Source: Myxococcota bacterium (GTDB lineage Bacteria; Myxococcota_A; UBA796; GCA-2862545). Taken from it: DNA of 64,000 nt. The notes beneath the pieces are model-generated. The model saw nothing but the letters and a program-made list of their open reading frames with translations, had not been told where the DNA came from and ran no database searches. Each line of letters begins with the position of its first letter. Position 1 is the first letter of the stretch. Below, one piece after another: positions 1-10,375 of the stretch. Made by a program: the position numbers and the translations under genes. Location: contig JBCCQY010000038.1 in NCBI GenBank assembly GCA_039208735.1, forward strand, positions 1-64,000, read 5' to 3'.

Positions 1-1
1 C

Positions 2-1234
2 TTGCCGGGGCTCCTCCGTCGGCAAGTCGACGTGCGGGTCCACCTCGAAGAGCGGCCTCCGCGCGGGGTGGCGATTCGGGGGGGATTGAAACTCCAGAGT
101 GGACGACAAGAAGCGCTGGTGGGCACAGAGTTGTCCCACGTCAACGCCCTCAAGCGCCTTTGGCGCGTGGTGTTCGACGCTGAAGTCGGCGCGGCGGTCG
201 TGGGCTCAGAGTTGTCGCAGATCGGGTCGCTGCGGCAGCTTCGGACGGGACCCGTTGCCGACGTGGCGCTGGATCTCGTGGTGCCCAACTTGCCGTTTCG
301 CAACGTCGAGACTCGATTCGAACTCGGCTATGAGCACACGATCACCGAAGCGTTCCAAACCGACCGCCCTTCGGTGTCAGCCCTCGCGACGCTGCGACCC
401 GCACCCACGCTCACGCTGTCGGGGGGTTACAAACTCGACTTTGTCGTCTACCGCGACCTGCAGATCGACCCCGCTGAGCTGGCGAGTTTCGGAGCTGCCC
501 CCGACGTGGTTGACGGTCGATATCGCAACGCGGAACTCCAATCACGCATGGTGTGGGACACCCGGAACGATCCGTTTGCCCCCACCCGTGGCCAGGTCGT
601 CGACCTCACCTTGGAGCTGGCAGGAACGTGGCTTGGGGGCACGTCGAACTATGGGGGCGGTCAGCTCGAATTGCGTGGCTACCGGGGCCTGGGCATAGGA
701 GCGGATCGACCGCGACGCGCATTGGGCTTGCGCAGGAACGTGCTTGTCTTTGCCGGTCGCGTGGGCGGTGGACTCTTGGCGCCCTACGGCCCGGCGAATT
801 CCGCGGTTGTGCCCGTCGCCGAGCGGCTCTACCTGGGGGGCACCGGCTCCGTGCGGGGCTGGACCTTCCAGCACCTTGGCCCCTACGTCTGCGCGGTCGA
901 AGAGTCCCCCTGTGTAAGTGAGGCGAACCGACAGGTCGGCGATGGCGTTGACACCGTGCCCATCGGCGGCCGCGTGTCGACGTGGGCCAGTGTCGAAGTT
1001 CGGCGAACCTTTGAAGCCGTTCGCCTCGTTGGGTTCATCGATGCTGGCATGGTGTGGCCCACGTTAGCCGATGTGGTCACCCGGCGACCCTTGCTAAGCA
1101 CCGGGGTGGGCTTGCGGCTGCTCACCCCGATTGGTCCGGTCCGCGCCGATGTGGCGTTTCGCACCGACAATCCGGCTGAGTTTCGTCACTTGCCTCGGTT
1201 CTGGGTCCATCTTGGCCTTGGGGAGGCGTTTTGA
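2..1234 (+). CDS. Omp85/BamA-TamA family outer membrane protein, 5' truncated by window edge
   Basis: Omp85 barrel motifs (WDTRNDPFAPTRG, ERLYLGG-SVRGW, PIGG, GVGLRLLTPIGPVRAD), terminal Phe (GEAF); overlaps a TamB-like gene. Confidence 0.85.
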   Translation: MPGLLRRQVDVRVHLEERPPRGVAIRGGLKLQSGRQEALVGTELSHVNALKRLWRVVFDAEVGAAVVGSELSQIGSLRQLRTGPVADVALDLVVPNLPFRNVETRFELGYEHTITEAFQTDRPSVSALATLRPAPTLTLSGGYKLDFVVYRDLQIDPAELASFGAAPDVVDGRYRNAELQSRMVWDTRNDPFAPTRGQVVDLTLELAGTWLGGTSNYGGGQLELRGYRGLGIGADRPRRALGLRRNVLVFAGRVGGGLLAPYGPANSAVVPVAERLYLGGTGSVRGWTFQHLGPYVCAVEESPCVSEANRQVGDGVDTVPIGGRVSTWASVEVRRTFEAVRLVGFIDAGMVWPTLADVVTRRPLLSTGVGLRLLTPIGPVRADVAFRTDNPAEFRHLPRFWVHLGLGEAF

Positions 1235-4200
1235 GCCCCCGCAGGCTGCTCCGGGCCTTGGGGGTTGGTGCCGTGTCACTGGTCGTGGCGGCGGGGTCGA
1301 TCGGGGGATGGGTGCGGAGCGAGCGGGGGTCGACCTGGTTGGCCAAACGGATCGAGCACCAGCTCGATGGATTCGCCGCGGGCTCGCTGACCCTTGGCAC
1401 AGCACGTGTCGGGCTGTCTCAGCTTGTGGTCGAGGACTTGCGGGTCCACGGACCGAACCATGCCGACCTCCTGGTGGTGCCTCGACTCGAGGCCACCTTT
1501 GACGCCACCGCGCTTTGGCAGCGGCGGCTTGTCGTCCACGACCTTGTCGTCCAGCGCCCACGGGTCCTCCTTCGTCGCACCGACACGGGCTACGACCTGC
1601 CCACGTTCGCTCCGAGCGCCCCGCGCAAGGGAGCCATGCGCTACCTCCCCGAAGGGTGGACGGCCGAAGTTCGGCTCCGCATCGTCGATGCCGAGGTGGC
1701 TTTGCCGGACGACGGGGTTTGTGCTGTTGCAGGTCACCTCGATATGGCGTGGGCGGCGGGTTCCGATCGGTTGGAGCTTCGGCAAGGCTCGGTGGCCACG
1801 ACCCTCGCCGATCCGCCGGTAGGCGAGGTCTCGGCCGAGGTGACCGTCGGTTTCTACGGCTCCGACGTGGTGTCCTCGAAGGTCGACCTGCGGGTGGCCT
1901 CGGGCCTGCGGATGTCGGTGGAAGGGGCCGTCCCGGATGCGCTCGGCGCGGTTCCGGAGATCGATCTAGAGGGCACGGCGTGGAGCCAGCGGGAAGGGTT
2001 GAACACACTGGCAGAGGCCTTGGGAACCCCCTTGCCGGCGTTGGATGTGCGGGGGTTGGGGGTGCGGCTGACCGCTGATGGCCCTCTGTCCACACCGCTC
2101 ATTGGCGTGCAGGCCTTTACCGCCCCCGCTCGAACCGATGCCATCGCTACCGCTCGCGCCGAAGTCGCGGCCTGGCAGCCCCTCGCCGTGAACTTGGCGT
2201 TTGCCGTGCCCGCGCTACGCGAACTCCAGGGTTTTGGCGTGCCCCTCGACAGCGGGACGGCGACCGGTCGGGGCACGCTTCAGGACACCACGCTGCAGAT
2301 CGACGCCGAGGTTCAAGGGCTTGGCGTGGCGGGCATTACGGCCGGACGGCTCATGGCGGATGCCCAGGTTGCGTTGACGTCGCCGCTGCGGACCGAAGTG
2401 CGGGTCACCAGTGACGATGTGGAGTTTGGAGGCCGAGCGTGGCGAGTCCTCGCCGATGGAATTGCGTGGGGTGAAACCCTGCAGCTGGGCCTGGACGTCG
2501 CCGACCGATCCGCGCCGGACCATCGCGTCGAGGCGGTGTTGGACATCGATGTGGCCCATACGCAGGTGCGTGCCGCGGGATTGACGGTGCATGGCGGACC
2601 GAAGGCCGTCTGGGACCAGTTCGACGAAAGCTGGTTCGATTGGAAGGCTGCGTCTGCCCACGCCGATCTGCGTGGATCGGTCGGGCGAATGGCCGTCGAC
2701 GGCCGCTTCCATCGTGCGTGGCCGGAAGTTGCGGTGGTGGTTGACGACCTCGATCTGGGCGCGGCAGCCGACGTTCTCGCCCCCTTCTTTGCCGAACCGC
2801 TGCCCCGAATGGCCGGTCGGCTTTCGGCGCAGCTCGAGGGCCCCGCCTGGTCGTTCGAGGTGGAGGACTTGTCCGTCGAGGACCGTTTGGTCGACGTGGT
2901 GGTGAAAGGGAGGGGCACCCTCACTCCCCAGCAGATGCAAGGTCAGGGAACCCTTGCCGATGCACGAGGGATTGTGGCACAGACCACGCTTCGGCTTCCT
3001 TTGCGGACGTCAGGCGGACCCCAAGCGCTCACGCTGGATTGCGAATCCTCGGATGCGTCGGTCGATCTCGTGGTCCCGAAGCGGGGCTTGAACCACCTCG
3101 TCACGACGTTTCCGGCTCTGAATCGGCTCGACACGGACGTGGAGGTCGCCGCCGACGTCGTGTTGAGGGGTGATCCGTGTGATCCCGTCGTCCAGGCTGA
3201 GTTCACGGGGCGCCCGGACACGCCGGACCTCGACCTCGAGATCCGAATGGAGGTCGCGGATGGTCCCGATCACGTCACGCGGGCCACCCTCGTCGGCACC
3301 TTGGAGGGGGTGGAGCACGCACACGTCGAAGGCACCGCGGTTCATGCGTCTCCGGCCGCGTTGCTCGAGCGAGGACGGGCCGCCGTCGGAGCCGTTTCCG
3401 TGGACCTCGACCTCGACGATTGGCCCACCGTCATGGTGTTGCCCCAGGCTCCGGGTTGGCTGCGTGGGCAGGCCACGTTGACGGGAACGGGGACAAGGTT
3501 GCAACACACCGAGGGACGGATCGTGTATGCGCCGCTGTCGCAAGCCGCGCCATTGCCCACGACCGAACTCCTGCTCTCAACCGAGGCCGATCACGTGGTG
3601 GCGTCGGTGACCCTCGAAGATCGGGAGGGCATTGCGGCTTCTGCTCCCGTTGTGGCCGAGCCTCAAATCGTCGCGTCGGTGAGGCTCGACGCGATGGCTG
3701 AGCAGGGCCTCTCGGCTCCGCTCGACGCCACCATCCAGGAGTTGCGGTTTGCGGTGGCAGACCTGGCCACGTTGGCCGAAGTCGATGCCCGCAAGGCGAT
3801 GGGAGCGTTGTGGATTGATGGGACCGTCGGCGGAACCTTGAGGGACCCGGTCCCCGCGTTGCGCGCGGAACTCGTCGGTGGGGGAGGCGCCCTGCCGGCG
3901 CTCGGCGTTCGGTTCGATGATGCACACGTCGTGGCCGCGCTCAAGGGCCGCACGCTGACCGTCCACGAGGGGAGCCTGCGTTCCCGTCCTCGGTTCCGCA
4001 ACCTTCGCCAGCGGGGCCGGGGCATGACGGTGCGAGGCACCGTGACCCTTGATTCGTCCGGCAAATCCGTGCCCGACCTCCGATTGACCCTGGATCGGAG
4101 TTGGTTGTTGGCCAGCCGTGATGTCACCCTTCAGGCGTCCGGCGAGGTGTCGCTCACCCGCAACGATGCCCGCCTTGCGCTGGGCGGAGAGGTTCGGCTC

Positions 4201-5097
4201 GATGAGGGCCGGGTGCTCCTCGATCGCGCCACGTTCGCCGACGGGGGGTCACGGACCCTGCATCCCGACATTGTGTTTGAGGATGCGGTTCCGGCGACGC
4301 TGGTCCACCAGGTCGAAGCTACCGACGTCTCAGCCCTGCCCGACGTCGACGTCGACCTGGCTATCGACCTTGGCGATGGTGTAGACCTCGAGGCCACGGT
4401 CCCGCTAAGCGAGGAGGCGGATGCCGTAGGCCGCGCCTTTGACGTTGCGATCGACGGGCGGCTCGAAGGTTCGATGCGGGTGACCCAGGTCGATGGTGCG
4501 CTCGATTTACGCGGCCGGCTCAACACCACCGGTCGAGTCGAGTTGATTTCGGCCCGCTTCGACATCACCGAGGGGGTCGTCGCGTTTGCCGGCGGGGATC
4601 TGACTGAGCCGAGCCTCGACGTGTCGCTGGAGCGACCCACCAAGAATTACGGCACTGTAATGGCGCGCGTGCAAGGTTCACCCTCGAACCTGGAGCTTTC
4701 GGATCTCACGTCCGATGAAGCCGCCGACCAGACCGATATTGTGGCAATTCTTTTGTTTGGACGACCCCTTTCAGAGGTCGATCCCCAGAGCGGCGAAGCG
4801 GGAGCGGGGGCCGTGGAGCAGGCGCTGTGGTCACTTGCGGGTCGGCAAGTCGAACAGGTGTTGGGCGGCCGTTTCTTCGACACCGTCAACTACACGGCTG
4901 ACGAGGGCCTCTCGGTAGGGGTGGCGGTCGGCCGGGGAGGCTTCCTTACCGTCTCGGTGGATCCGCTCGCCGACGACGATGAAAACGCGGCTACCGCCCG
5001 ACTCACGTGGCTGCTGACCCGTCGCGTAGAAACGGGTATCGAAAGCGGGGATCAAGGCACGTCATCAGGATGGTTGGTATGGCGGCGACGGTTCTGA
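1231..5097 (+). CDS. TamB-like translocation/assembly module protein (DUF490-like C-terminus)
   Basis: 1288 aa, N-terminal anchor helix, long beta-rich body, C-terminal DUF490-like segment (FDITEGVVAFAGGD..P.LDV, AILLFGRP), ends WRRRF; 4-nt overlap with Omp85 gene. Confidence 0.75.
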   Translation: MSPRRLLRALGVGAVSLVVAAGSIGGWVRSERGSTWLAKRIEHQLDGFAAGSLTLGTARVGLSQLVVEDLRVHGPNHADLLVVPRLEATFDATALWQRRLVVHDLVVQRPRVLLRRTDTGYDLPTFAPSAPRKGAMRYLPEGWTAEVRLRIVDAEVALPDDGVCAVAGHLDMAWAAGSDRLELRQGSVATTLADPPVGEVSAEVTVGFYGSDVVSSKVDLRVASGLRMSVEGAVPDALGAVPEIDLEGTAWSQREGLNTLAEALGTPLPALDVRGLGVRLTADGPLSTPLIGVQAFTAPARTDAIATARAEVAAWQPLAVNLAFAVPALRELQGFGVPLDSGTATGRGTLQDTTLQIDAEVQGLGVAGITAGRLMADAQVALTSPLRTEVRVTSDDVEFGGRAWRVLADGIAWGETLQLGLDVADRSAPDHRVEAVLDIDVAHTQVRAAGLTVHGGPKAVWDQFDESWFDWKAASAHADLRGSVGRMAVDGRFHRAWPEVAVVVDDLDLGAAADVLAPFFAEPLPRMAGRLSAQLEGPAWSFEVEDLSVEDRLVDVVVKGRGTLTPQQMQGQGTLADARGIVAQTTLRLPLRTSGGPQALTLDCESSDASVDLVVPKRGLNHLVTTFPALNRLDTDVEVAADVVLRGDPCDPVVQAEFTGRPDTPDLDLEIRMEVADGPDHVTRATLVGTLEGVEHAHVEGTAVHASPAALLERGRAAVGAVSVDLDLDDWPTVMVLPQAPGWLRGQATLTGTGTRLQHTEGRIVYAPLSQAAPLPTTELLLSTEADHVVASVTLEDREGIAASAPVVAEPQIVASVRLDAMAEQGLSAPLDATIQELRFAVADLATLAEVDARKAMGALWIDGTVGGTLRDPVPALRAELVGGGGALPALGVRFDDAHVVAALKGRTLTVHEGSLRSRPRFRNLRQRGRGMTVRGTVTLDSSGKSVPDLRLTLDRSWLLASRDVTLQASGEVSLTRNDARLALGGEVRLDEGRVLLDRATFADGGSRTLHPDIVFEDAVPATLVHQVEATDVSALPDVDVDLAIDLGDGVDLEATVPLSEEADAVGRAFDVAIDGRLEGSMRVTQVDGALDLRGRLNTTGRVELISARFDITEGVVAFAGGDLTEPSLDVSLERPTKNYGTVMARVQGSPSNLELSDLTSDEAADQTDIVAILLFGRPLSEVDPQSGEAGAGAVEQALWSLAGRQVEQVLGGRFFDTVNYTADEGLSVGVAVGRGGFLTVSVDPLADDDENAATARLTWLLTRRVETGIESGDQGTSSGWLVWRRRF

Positions 5098-5120
5098 AGT
5101 CGGACGGGATAACGGGGCGC

Positions 5121-5807
5121 GTGGTTCAACCCGAGAGCCAGCCTTTGCTCGTGCATCAGCGCCGGCTTATCGAGCGGCGTCGTTGCCCGCATTGCGCCGA
5201 GCTTCAGCCGCGGGTGACCTGGTTTCAGGGAGGCACCTGTCGGTATTGCGGCGGCTCGCTCACCCTGGTGGCGTCCGAAGACCACGTCAAGCTGCTGCTC
5301 GCCCGGCTGAACCGTGACGCTCGGACCACCCGCATCGTGGCGTACGGCGGGGTCTTCATCGCCACCCTCATCGTGGGCTGGGTGCCTGTATTCACCTCGG
5401 TCATCACTGCCGTGGGCATGGTCATCGCGAACCTGTGGTTGGTGCGACGTCCGACCGCCTCCCTGCCCGTGCAGCACCGCATGTTGGTGCGGTTGTTGGT
5501 GCGGGCTTGGTTCGTGGTGATGTTGGCTCTATCTGTCGAGGCGAACCTGATTGCAGCGCCGCTCATTGCGTTTTTAGGATTGGGCATTGCTGTATCGACG
5601 GGCTCACAGGTGCTCGTCACAGGTTTGTACGTCGAGGGCGCCCTGTGGTTGGTCCGCCGTCGGGTGCACCGCGCCGTAGCACGGCCCGACGGGGATTGGG
5701 GGTGGCTTGCGCTGCCCGTCGGCGCGGGCTTGGTCGCGGTGCTGGCATTCCTGGTGGGCATTCCGGTGTTGCAGCAGCTGGTGGGAAGCCTCGATGTCGG
5801 GCCCTGA
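5121..5807 (+). CDS. Hypothetical membrane protein with N-terminal zinc ribbon
   Basis: CPHC...CRYC followed by several hydrophobic helices; start uncertain (track start 5007 overlaps tamB by ~90 nt). Confidence 0.6.
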   Translation: MVQPESQPLLVHQRRLIERRRCPHCAELQPRVTWFQGGTCRYCGGSLTLVASEDHVKLLLARLNRDARTTRIVAYGGVFIATLIVGWVPVFTSVITAVGMVIANLWLVRRPTASLPVQHRMLVRLLVRAWFVVMLALSVEANLIAAPLIAFLGLGIAVSTGSQVLVTGLYVEGALWLVRRRVHRAVARPDGDWGWLALPVGAGLVAVLAFLVGIPVLQQLVGSLDVGP

Positions 5808-6543
5808 ACTCGTCTACAGCTTGATCGTGATGCCGGGAGGGGCGTGGTCGTCATCGCAGGGATTGGTGTTTGCTGCCTTGATGGTGTCGATTGGGATTCT
5901 GGCGACGTCGCGGCCGTTGCTCACCCTGTTTGTGTTGTTTGGCGGCCCTGCATGGAGCTTGCTGTCGCTCGGCGATGCGTTTGGTGGGCGCACCTTCCTG
6001 GTGGTGGTGGTGGCCCTCGGCCTGTTGCTGCTTGAGCATCAACTACGGGCGACCGAGTGGCCCGAGGTGTTCTCATGGGCCTTCGAGCTGCAAGGGGTTT
6101 TGGCGATTGGGGTCGCGTGGGGGTGGTTCGTGGTGGGAAGTACCCCCCAAGGGGTCGTGCTGGACCTTGGCCCCGTTGCCCCTGCACTGTTGCTGCCGTT
6201 ATTCGCTGCGATCCTGGTTCACACCCTGCTGTTTCGGGCTCGAGCTCGGGTGTGGCGGCTGCTGCGCGACATCGGGATGCTGGGCATTGCGACCTTGGCG
6301 GAGACGCTGCTTGTGGGCACGGTCGCCGTTGTGCTGCTGTTTGCACCATTTCTGGCGCTGGGAGCCGCAGGAATCGGGGCCATGCCGGTCGTGCTGGTGG
6401 CGGTGGGGGTGCATGGAGTGGTGCGACTCATCGATCGGCAGTTTCGCTATCCATGCCCGAGCTGCGGCGGGCCGGCGCGGGTTGAGGCGAGTCGTTGTCC
6501 TCATTGTGGCGCGCCGATCGGGGTGCGACGCCCGCTGGGGTGA
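5794..6543 (+). CDS. Hypothetical membrane protein with C-terminal zinc ribbon
   Basis: ATG 5794 overlaps upstream stop region; multiple TM helices; ends CPSC...CPHC. Confidence 0.6.
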   Translation: MSGPELVYSLIVMPGGAWSSSQGLVFAALMVSIGILATSRPLLTLFVLFGGPAWSLLSLGDAFGGRTFLVVVVALGLLLLEHQLRATEWPEVFSWAFELQGVLAIGVAWGWFVVGSTPQGVVLDLGPVAPALLLPLFAAILVHTLLFRARARVWRLLRDIGMLGIATLAETLLVGTVAVVLLFAPFLALGAAGIGAMPVVLVAVGVHGVVRLIDRQFRYPCPSCGGPARVEASRCPHCGAPIGVRRPLG

Positions 6544-6757
6544 GGGTAGACTGAAGGCATTCTTTTCGATGCTGCGGTTCCCGAGTTTCTGGAAACGGTT
6601 GCTTCGGGTGGATTGACGGTGCAATCGGGACCCAAGATTTCGCGAACGGTCGAAGGTCAGGGTTGACCGTACCGTCAGACAAGACTGTGAACGTTGACCC
6701 GCGTCGTGGCTGGCGCGGGCGCGGGCTCCGTGCAAGGTGCAAGCGGGAGGAGAGACC

Positions 6758-9415
6758 GTGGTCACCATGTTGTGGATGCTCGCCGCCGCCCATGCGGGAA
6801 GTGCCGAGTCAACCTGGGCGAAATTTGCTTCGATAGCGAATCTGGAAGCCGAGGCAAGCAGCGTTCGCCCTCTCGAAGCCCCCCTCGAGATTCAGGAAGG
6901 ACCTGCCACGTACCGGTTGACCGGTGGCTACCTGGTGCCGGTTTTTGGAGGACGGGCGGGCTCCACATGGGACCGCGACCGCCGAAAACTTCAACAGCAG
7001 CAGCGAGAAGCTGGCCTCGACGTGCGGGTCCCCACCGAAGAAGAACGTGGTGACCGTGAGTTGGTGGGGGTGCTGTGGACGGGTGGCACGGGCACCCTCA
7101 CGCTCGAATTCCCGGACCGGGCCGATGGTCTGGTTTTGGCGAATCGCATCACGATGGCGGGCCATGCCGCCCCGGGCGCGCTTCGGGACTTGGCCCATGA
7201 CAAGGCTCCGCTACGCGTCAAGGTCACGGAACTGGCTTGGCTATCGGTCGATCCCGCGATCGACGCTGCCTTCGCCGGTCCGAGCCACCTCGATCCGTAC
7301 GAGCTCGTGGTGTTCGGCGCATCGAAAGAGGCAGAGCGTGCCGCTGAAACGGTCATCCGCCGCATCGAGGCGCGTCTCGAACTCCTGCGGCGTCAGCGCA
7401 TTAGCGTGGCCAATCGGGTGGCCTGGGACCGCATGGATCAAGCGTCTGGAGTGGTGGGACCCCAAGGCACGTTCGCGCTGGTCGAAGCCCTAACGGATCA
7501 GCGATTCGCCACGGTTGCTCCCAACCAGACGGGCCCGGCCGACCGTTGGCTGTCAACGGTGCGCGACGAGACCGGCGCCATCGACCTACGGCGCCGGGTT
7601 CGGGTGTCGGCGCGGGGGATTTCGGGGCGGGGTGTGCCCGTCGATGGCACGATTTCTGGCGAGCTATTTCCAAGGATTGACCCCTCCGATCCCACATCGG
7701 CCCCTTTGCCTCCCGTGCGCCCGGTTGGCGTGTCTGTCTTGACGGACTTGGCGACGGTGCCCGAAGGACCTCATGTTCGCGCAGAGATCACCAGCGATCT
7801 TACGTTTCGGGCGCAAGGTGGTCCGCTTTCCCGAATCACCCTTCAGCTGGCTCAGGCGGGGCTGGATCTTGATGCCTTCGAGGTGGTCGATGCCCGCTTG
7901 ATGGACGGCACGCCGCTCCTTGGTCAGCAAGCCCAGACCATCACCGAAACCGCGCCAGCGCCCAAACCGGAGCCCGATCCCGAACCCGACCCGGATCCCG
8001 CTCCGACGCCTCAACCCGACCCAGAACCCCAAGACGCGCCTGACGTGCTTCGCTATGGGCTCATCGATCTGTTGCTGCCTGAGCCGGTGCCTGTGGGCGA
8101 GACCGTCAAGGTGCGCCTTCAGCATCGTGATCTTTGGCCCATTACGCAGACCCAAGCTTCGTACACCGGGCTTCGCGACATGGGACCGTCGAGTGGTCTG
8201 CAATGGCCCCTTCCTACCGTGGTGCCCGGGCCCGTGGGGGGCGAATGGTCGTGGGACATCACGGCGCGCATGCCCACCGATACGAAGTGGACGGCCGCCC
8301 TTCCCGGCGCCACCGTCGGGCAAGATCAGCGTGAAGGATGGACTCGAATTCGGGCCCGAAGCGAGGGAAAGGGACGCTACCCCGGGGTAGTCCTCGGACG
8401 ATTCGATGTGCGCGAGATTCCTGCCCAGGCAGGCATGCCGGCGGTTCGCGTCAACCTCTTTGCCGACCACTACGGTTCCATCGATACGTTCGCGCCCGAA
8501 GTGCGACGCATCGCAAGCTTCTTTCAGGGGTTTTTGCCTAAGTTTCCCGTGACGGAACTCGAGGTCGTCGAGTCGCCTCGCCAGCACGAGGGCTTCGTGT
8601 GGATCGCCCCCCACGGTATGGCCGTAATCCAGCGCATGCTCGTCATGGGCACGATGCGAGAGGGCGGACCCAACATTCGCAACCGATTGCCACGACTCGA
8701 AAGCAGTGTGTTTGCACACGAGTTGGCGCACCAGTACTGGGGGCATCTGGCTCCTGCGGCATCGTCTGAGGACTTTTGGATCTCGGAGACGTTTGCCGAG
8801 GCCTTTTCGTGCATGTACGTCGGAACCGCCTACAAGGCGAAGGACTGCACCAAGCGGATGAAGCTGCATCGCGAAACCTGGACTCGTCGAAAGGAGTCCC
8901 TGATTCGTGCCTCTTTGACGCAAGCCTACGAAACGCCTCTCGAACAGCCAAACATCGTGTACCGCTACGGTCCCGTCACGATGCTGGATGGGCTTCAGCG
9001 GAAGCTCGGCCCACAGGCGTTCTTTGCCGCCCTGGACCTGATGCTTCGCAACCATGCGGGCGAACCCACGACCACCGAACGGCTTCAGCACTACCTTGAA
9101 CAGGCCTCTGGGATCGATCTCGAGGACTGGTTCGCCTATTTCGTACACGGCGGGTACGTCCCGACGCTTTCGGCCAAGTGGCAGGTCGAGCGGAAAACGG
9201 TGAGCGGAACGGTGACGTCAAACGTGCCCTACGGAACCTTCGACGCACTCGTGCGCATCACCACCAAAGATGGGACGGTCACCAATCACTTCGTGCCCGT
9301 CGTGGATGGCCAGGGCCAGTTTTCGGTGCCCGTTTCACAGGCCAAGGTCAAGGTTGAAGTCGATCCGGTGGGCCTCATCGTGATGCGTGGCGGCCGAACC
9401 CGGCAAGTCCGTTAG
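6758..9415 (+). CDS. Secreted M1-family (gluzincin) zinc aminopeptidase-like protein
   Basis: HELAH-x18-E (HELAHQYWG...WISE), downstream VYRYG Tyr motif; GGAGGAG RBS before GTG 6758 (ATG 6767 alternative); signal peptide ending AHA. Confidence 0.8.
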   Translation: MVTMLWMLAAAHAGSAESTWAKFASIANLEAEASSVRPLEAPLEIQEGPATYRLTGGYLVPVFGGRAGSTWDRDRRKLQQQQREAGLDVRVPTEEERGDRELVGVLWTGGTGTLTLEFPDRADGLVLANRITMAGHAAPGALRDLAHDKAPLRVKVTELAWLSVDPAIDAAFAGPSHLDPYELVVFGASKEAERAAETVIRRIEARLELLRRQRISVANRVAWDRMDQASGVVGPQGTFALVEALTDQRFATVAPNQTGPADRWLSTVRDETGAIDLRRRVRVSARGISGRGVPVDGTISGELFPRIDPSDPTSAPLPPVRPVGVSVLTDLATVPEGPHVRAEITSDLTFRAQGGPLSRITLQLAQAGLDLDAFEVVDARLMDGTPLLGQQAQTITETAPAPKPEPDPEPDPDPAPTPQPDPEPQDAPDVLRYGLIDLLLPEPVPVGETVKVRLQHRDLWPITQTQASYTGLRDMGPSSGLQWPLPTVVPGPVGGEWSWDITARMPTDTKWTAALPGATVGQDQREGWTRIRARSEGKGRYPGVVLGRFDVREIPAQAGMPAVRVNLFADHYGSIDTFAPEVRRIASFFQGFLPKFPVTELEVVESPRQHEGFVWIAPHGMAVIQRMLVMGTMREGGPNIRNRLPRLESSVFAHELAHQYWGHLAPAASSEDFWISETFAEAFSCMYVGTAYKAKDCTKRMKLHRETWTRRKESLIRASLTQAYETPLEQPNIVYRYGPVTMLDGLQRKLGPQAFFAALDLMLRNHAGEPTTTERLQHYLEQASGIDLEDWFAYFVHGGYVPTLSAKWQVERKTVSGTVTSNVPYGTFDALVRITTKDGTVTNHFVPVVDGQGQFSVPVSQAKVKVEVDPVGLIVMRGGRTRQVR

Positions 9416-9434
9416 GACAGATTCGTAGCGAATC

Positions 9435-10310
9435 CTATCGAATCGAGGGAACCCCGCTGATGACCTCAATCCGAGTTTCCGGATTTGCATCGTCCCCTGG
9501 GTCATGGAAGTGGCCCGCGCTCACACTCACCGATTGCGCCCGTGTGGCCACGTCGAGGCAGACGTGAACGACGTTGTCCGGATCGTCGTCCGCGAGGGCC
9601 AGCGGGGTCACCGTGCTTCCGTCTTCGAGCGTGACGGTGACGGATGTGCGCTGCGCCTCGCCTAGCTCGGCGCCCTGGGGTCCGGTGACCCCGCCCTGCC
9701 AGGTCAGCTGAACGACCTGCTGGGTGGCGGGGGGGCACTCTCCGGCGAGTCCAGGGGTGGTGGGGCTAAAGCGTTCGGCGAGCAAGAGGCTTGGACCTGC
9801 CGCAAGCGGGGTGATCGTGGTTGTGCGCAACCCTTTGATGGAGGCTCCGTTCGTGGCTTTGAGGTCTCCTACGACCTTCACGGACCGAGGCGGTGCCTCA
9901 GCTGTGCCGAACGTTCCCGCAAGCAGGACCGTGCGGCGCTCGAGTGGTTCATCGGCGGGCAACAGGGTGGCGCACGTTGGGGTCACGGTCTCGCCTGCCG
10001 CCGTCTCGACCGAGAAGTCTTCGGGAGAGAGCGTGTCGCCGTCGAGCCTCACCGAAAAGGTTACCGGCATGCCGTCTTTCCGCACGCTCGGCCCGGGGCA
10101 GATTCGGAGGACCCGGGGAGGCAGGCGATCCAGCCCGTGGTAGGCCGAGAGGATGTGTGCGTTTGAAGGCGGAGCAACCGGCGGCGTATCGGTGTTGGCG
10201 TCCTTTTCGGCATGGGTGTCCGGCGCCTTGGCCTCCGGGGCCACGGTTGGTCCCGAGCAGGCTGGGAGCAGCCCGCCCACCATCGTCATCCACATAAACC
10301 CTCGTGCCAT
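9435..10310 (-). CDS. Hypothetical lipoprotein
   Basis: ATG 10310 with purine-rich RBS; lipobox-like LLPAC; globular sequence; longer track ORF overlaps the AraC gene. Confidence 0.65.
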   Translation of the reverse strand: MARGFMWMTMVGGLLPACSGPTVAPEAKAPDTHAEKDANTDTPPVAPPSNAHILSAYHGLDRLPPRVLRICPGPSVRKDGMPVTFSVRLDGDTLSPEDFSVETAAGETVTPTCATLLPADEPLERRTVLLAGTFGTAEAPPRSVKVVGDLKATNGASIKGLRTTTITPLAAGPSLLLAERFSPTTPGLAGECPPATQQVVQLTWQGGVTGPQGAELGEAQRTSVTVTLEDGSTVTPLALADDDPDNVVHVCLDVATRAQSVSVSAGHFHDPGDDANPETRIEVISGVPSIR

Positions 10311-10375
10311 CCCCTCGCCTCCTCGGTCGCAGAGGAGCGACCCCGTTGCGACGCAGGCATACCACCCGCGTGCGC

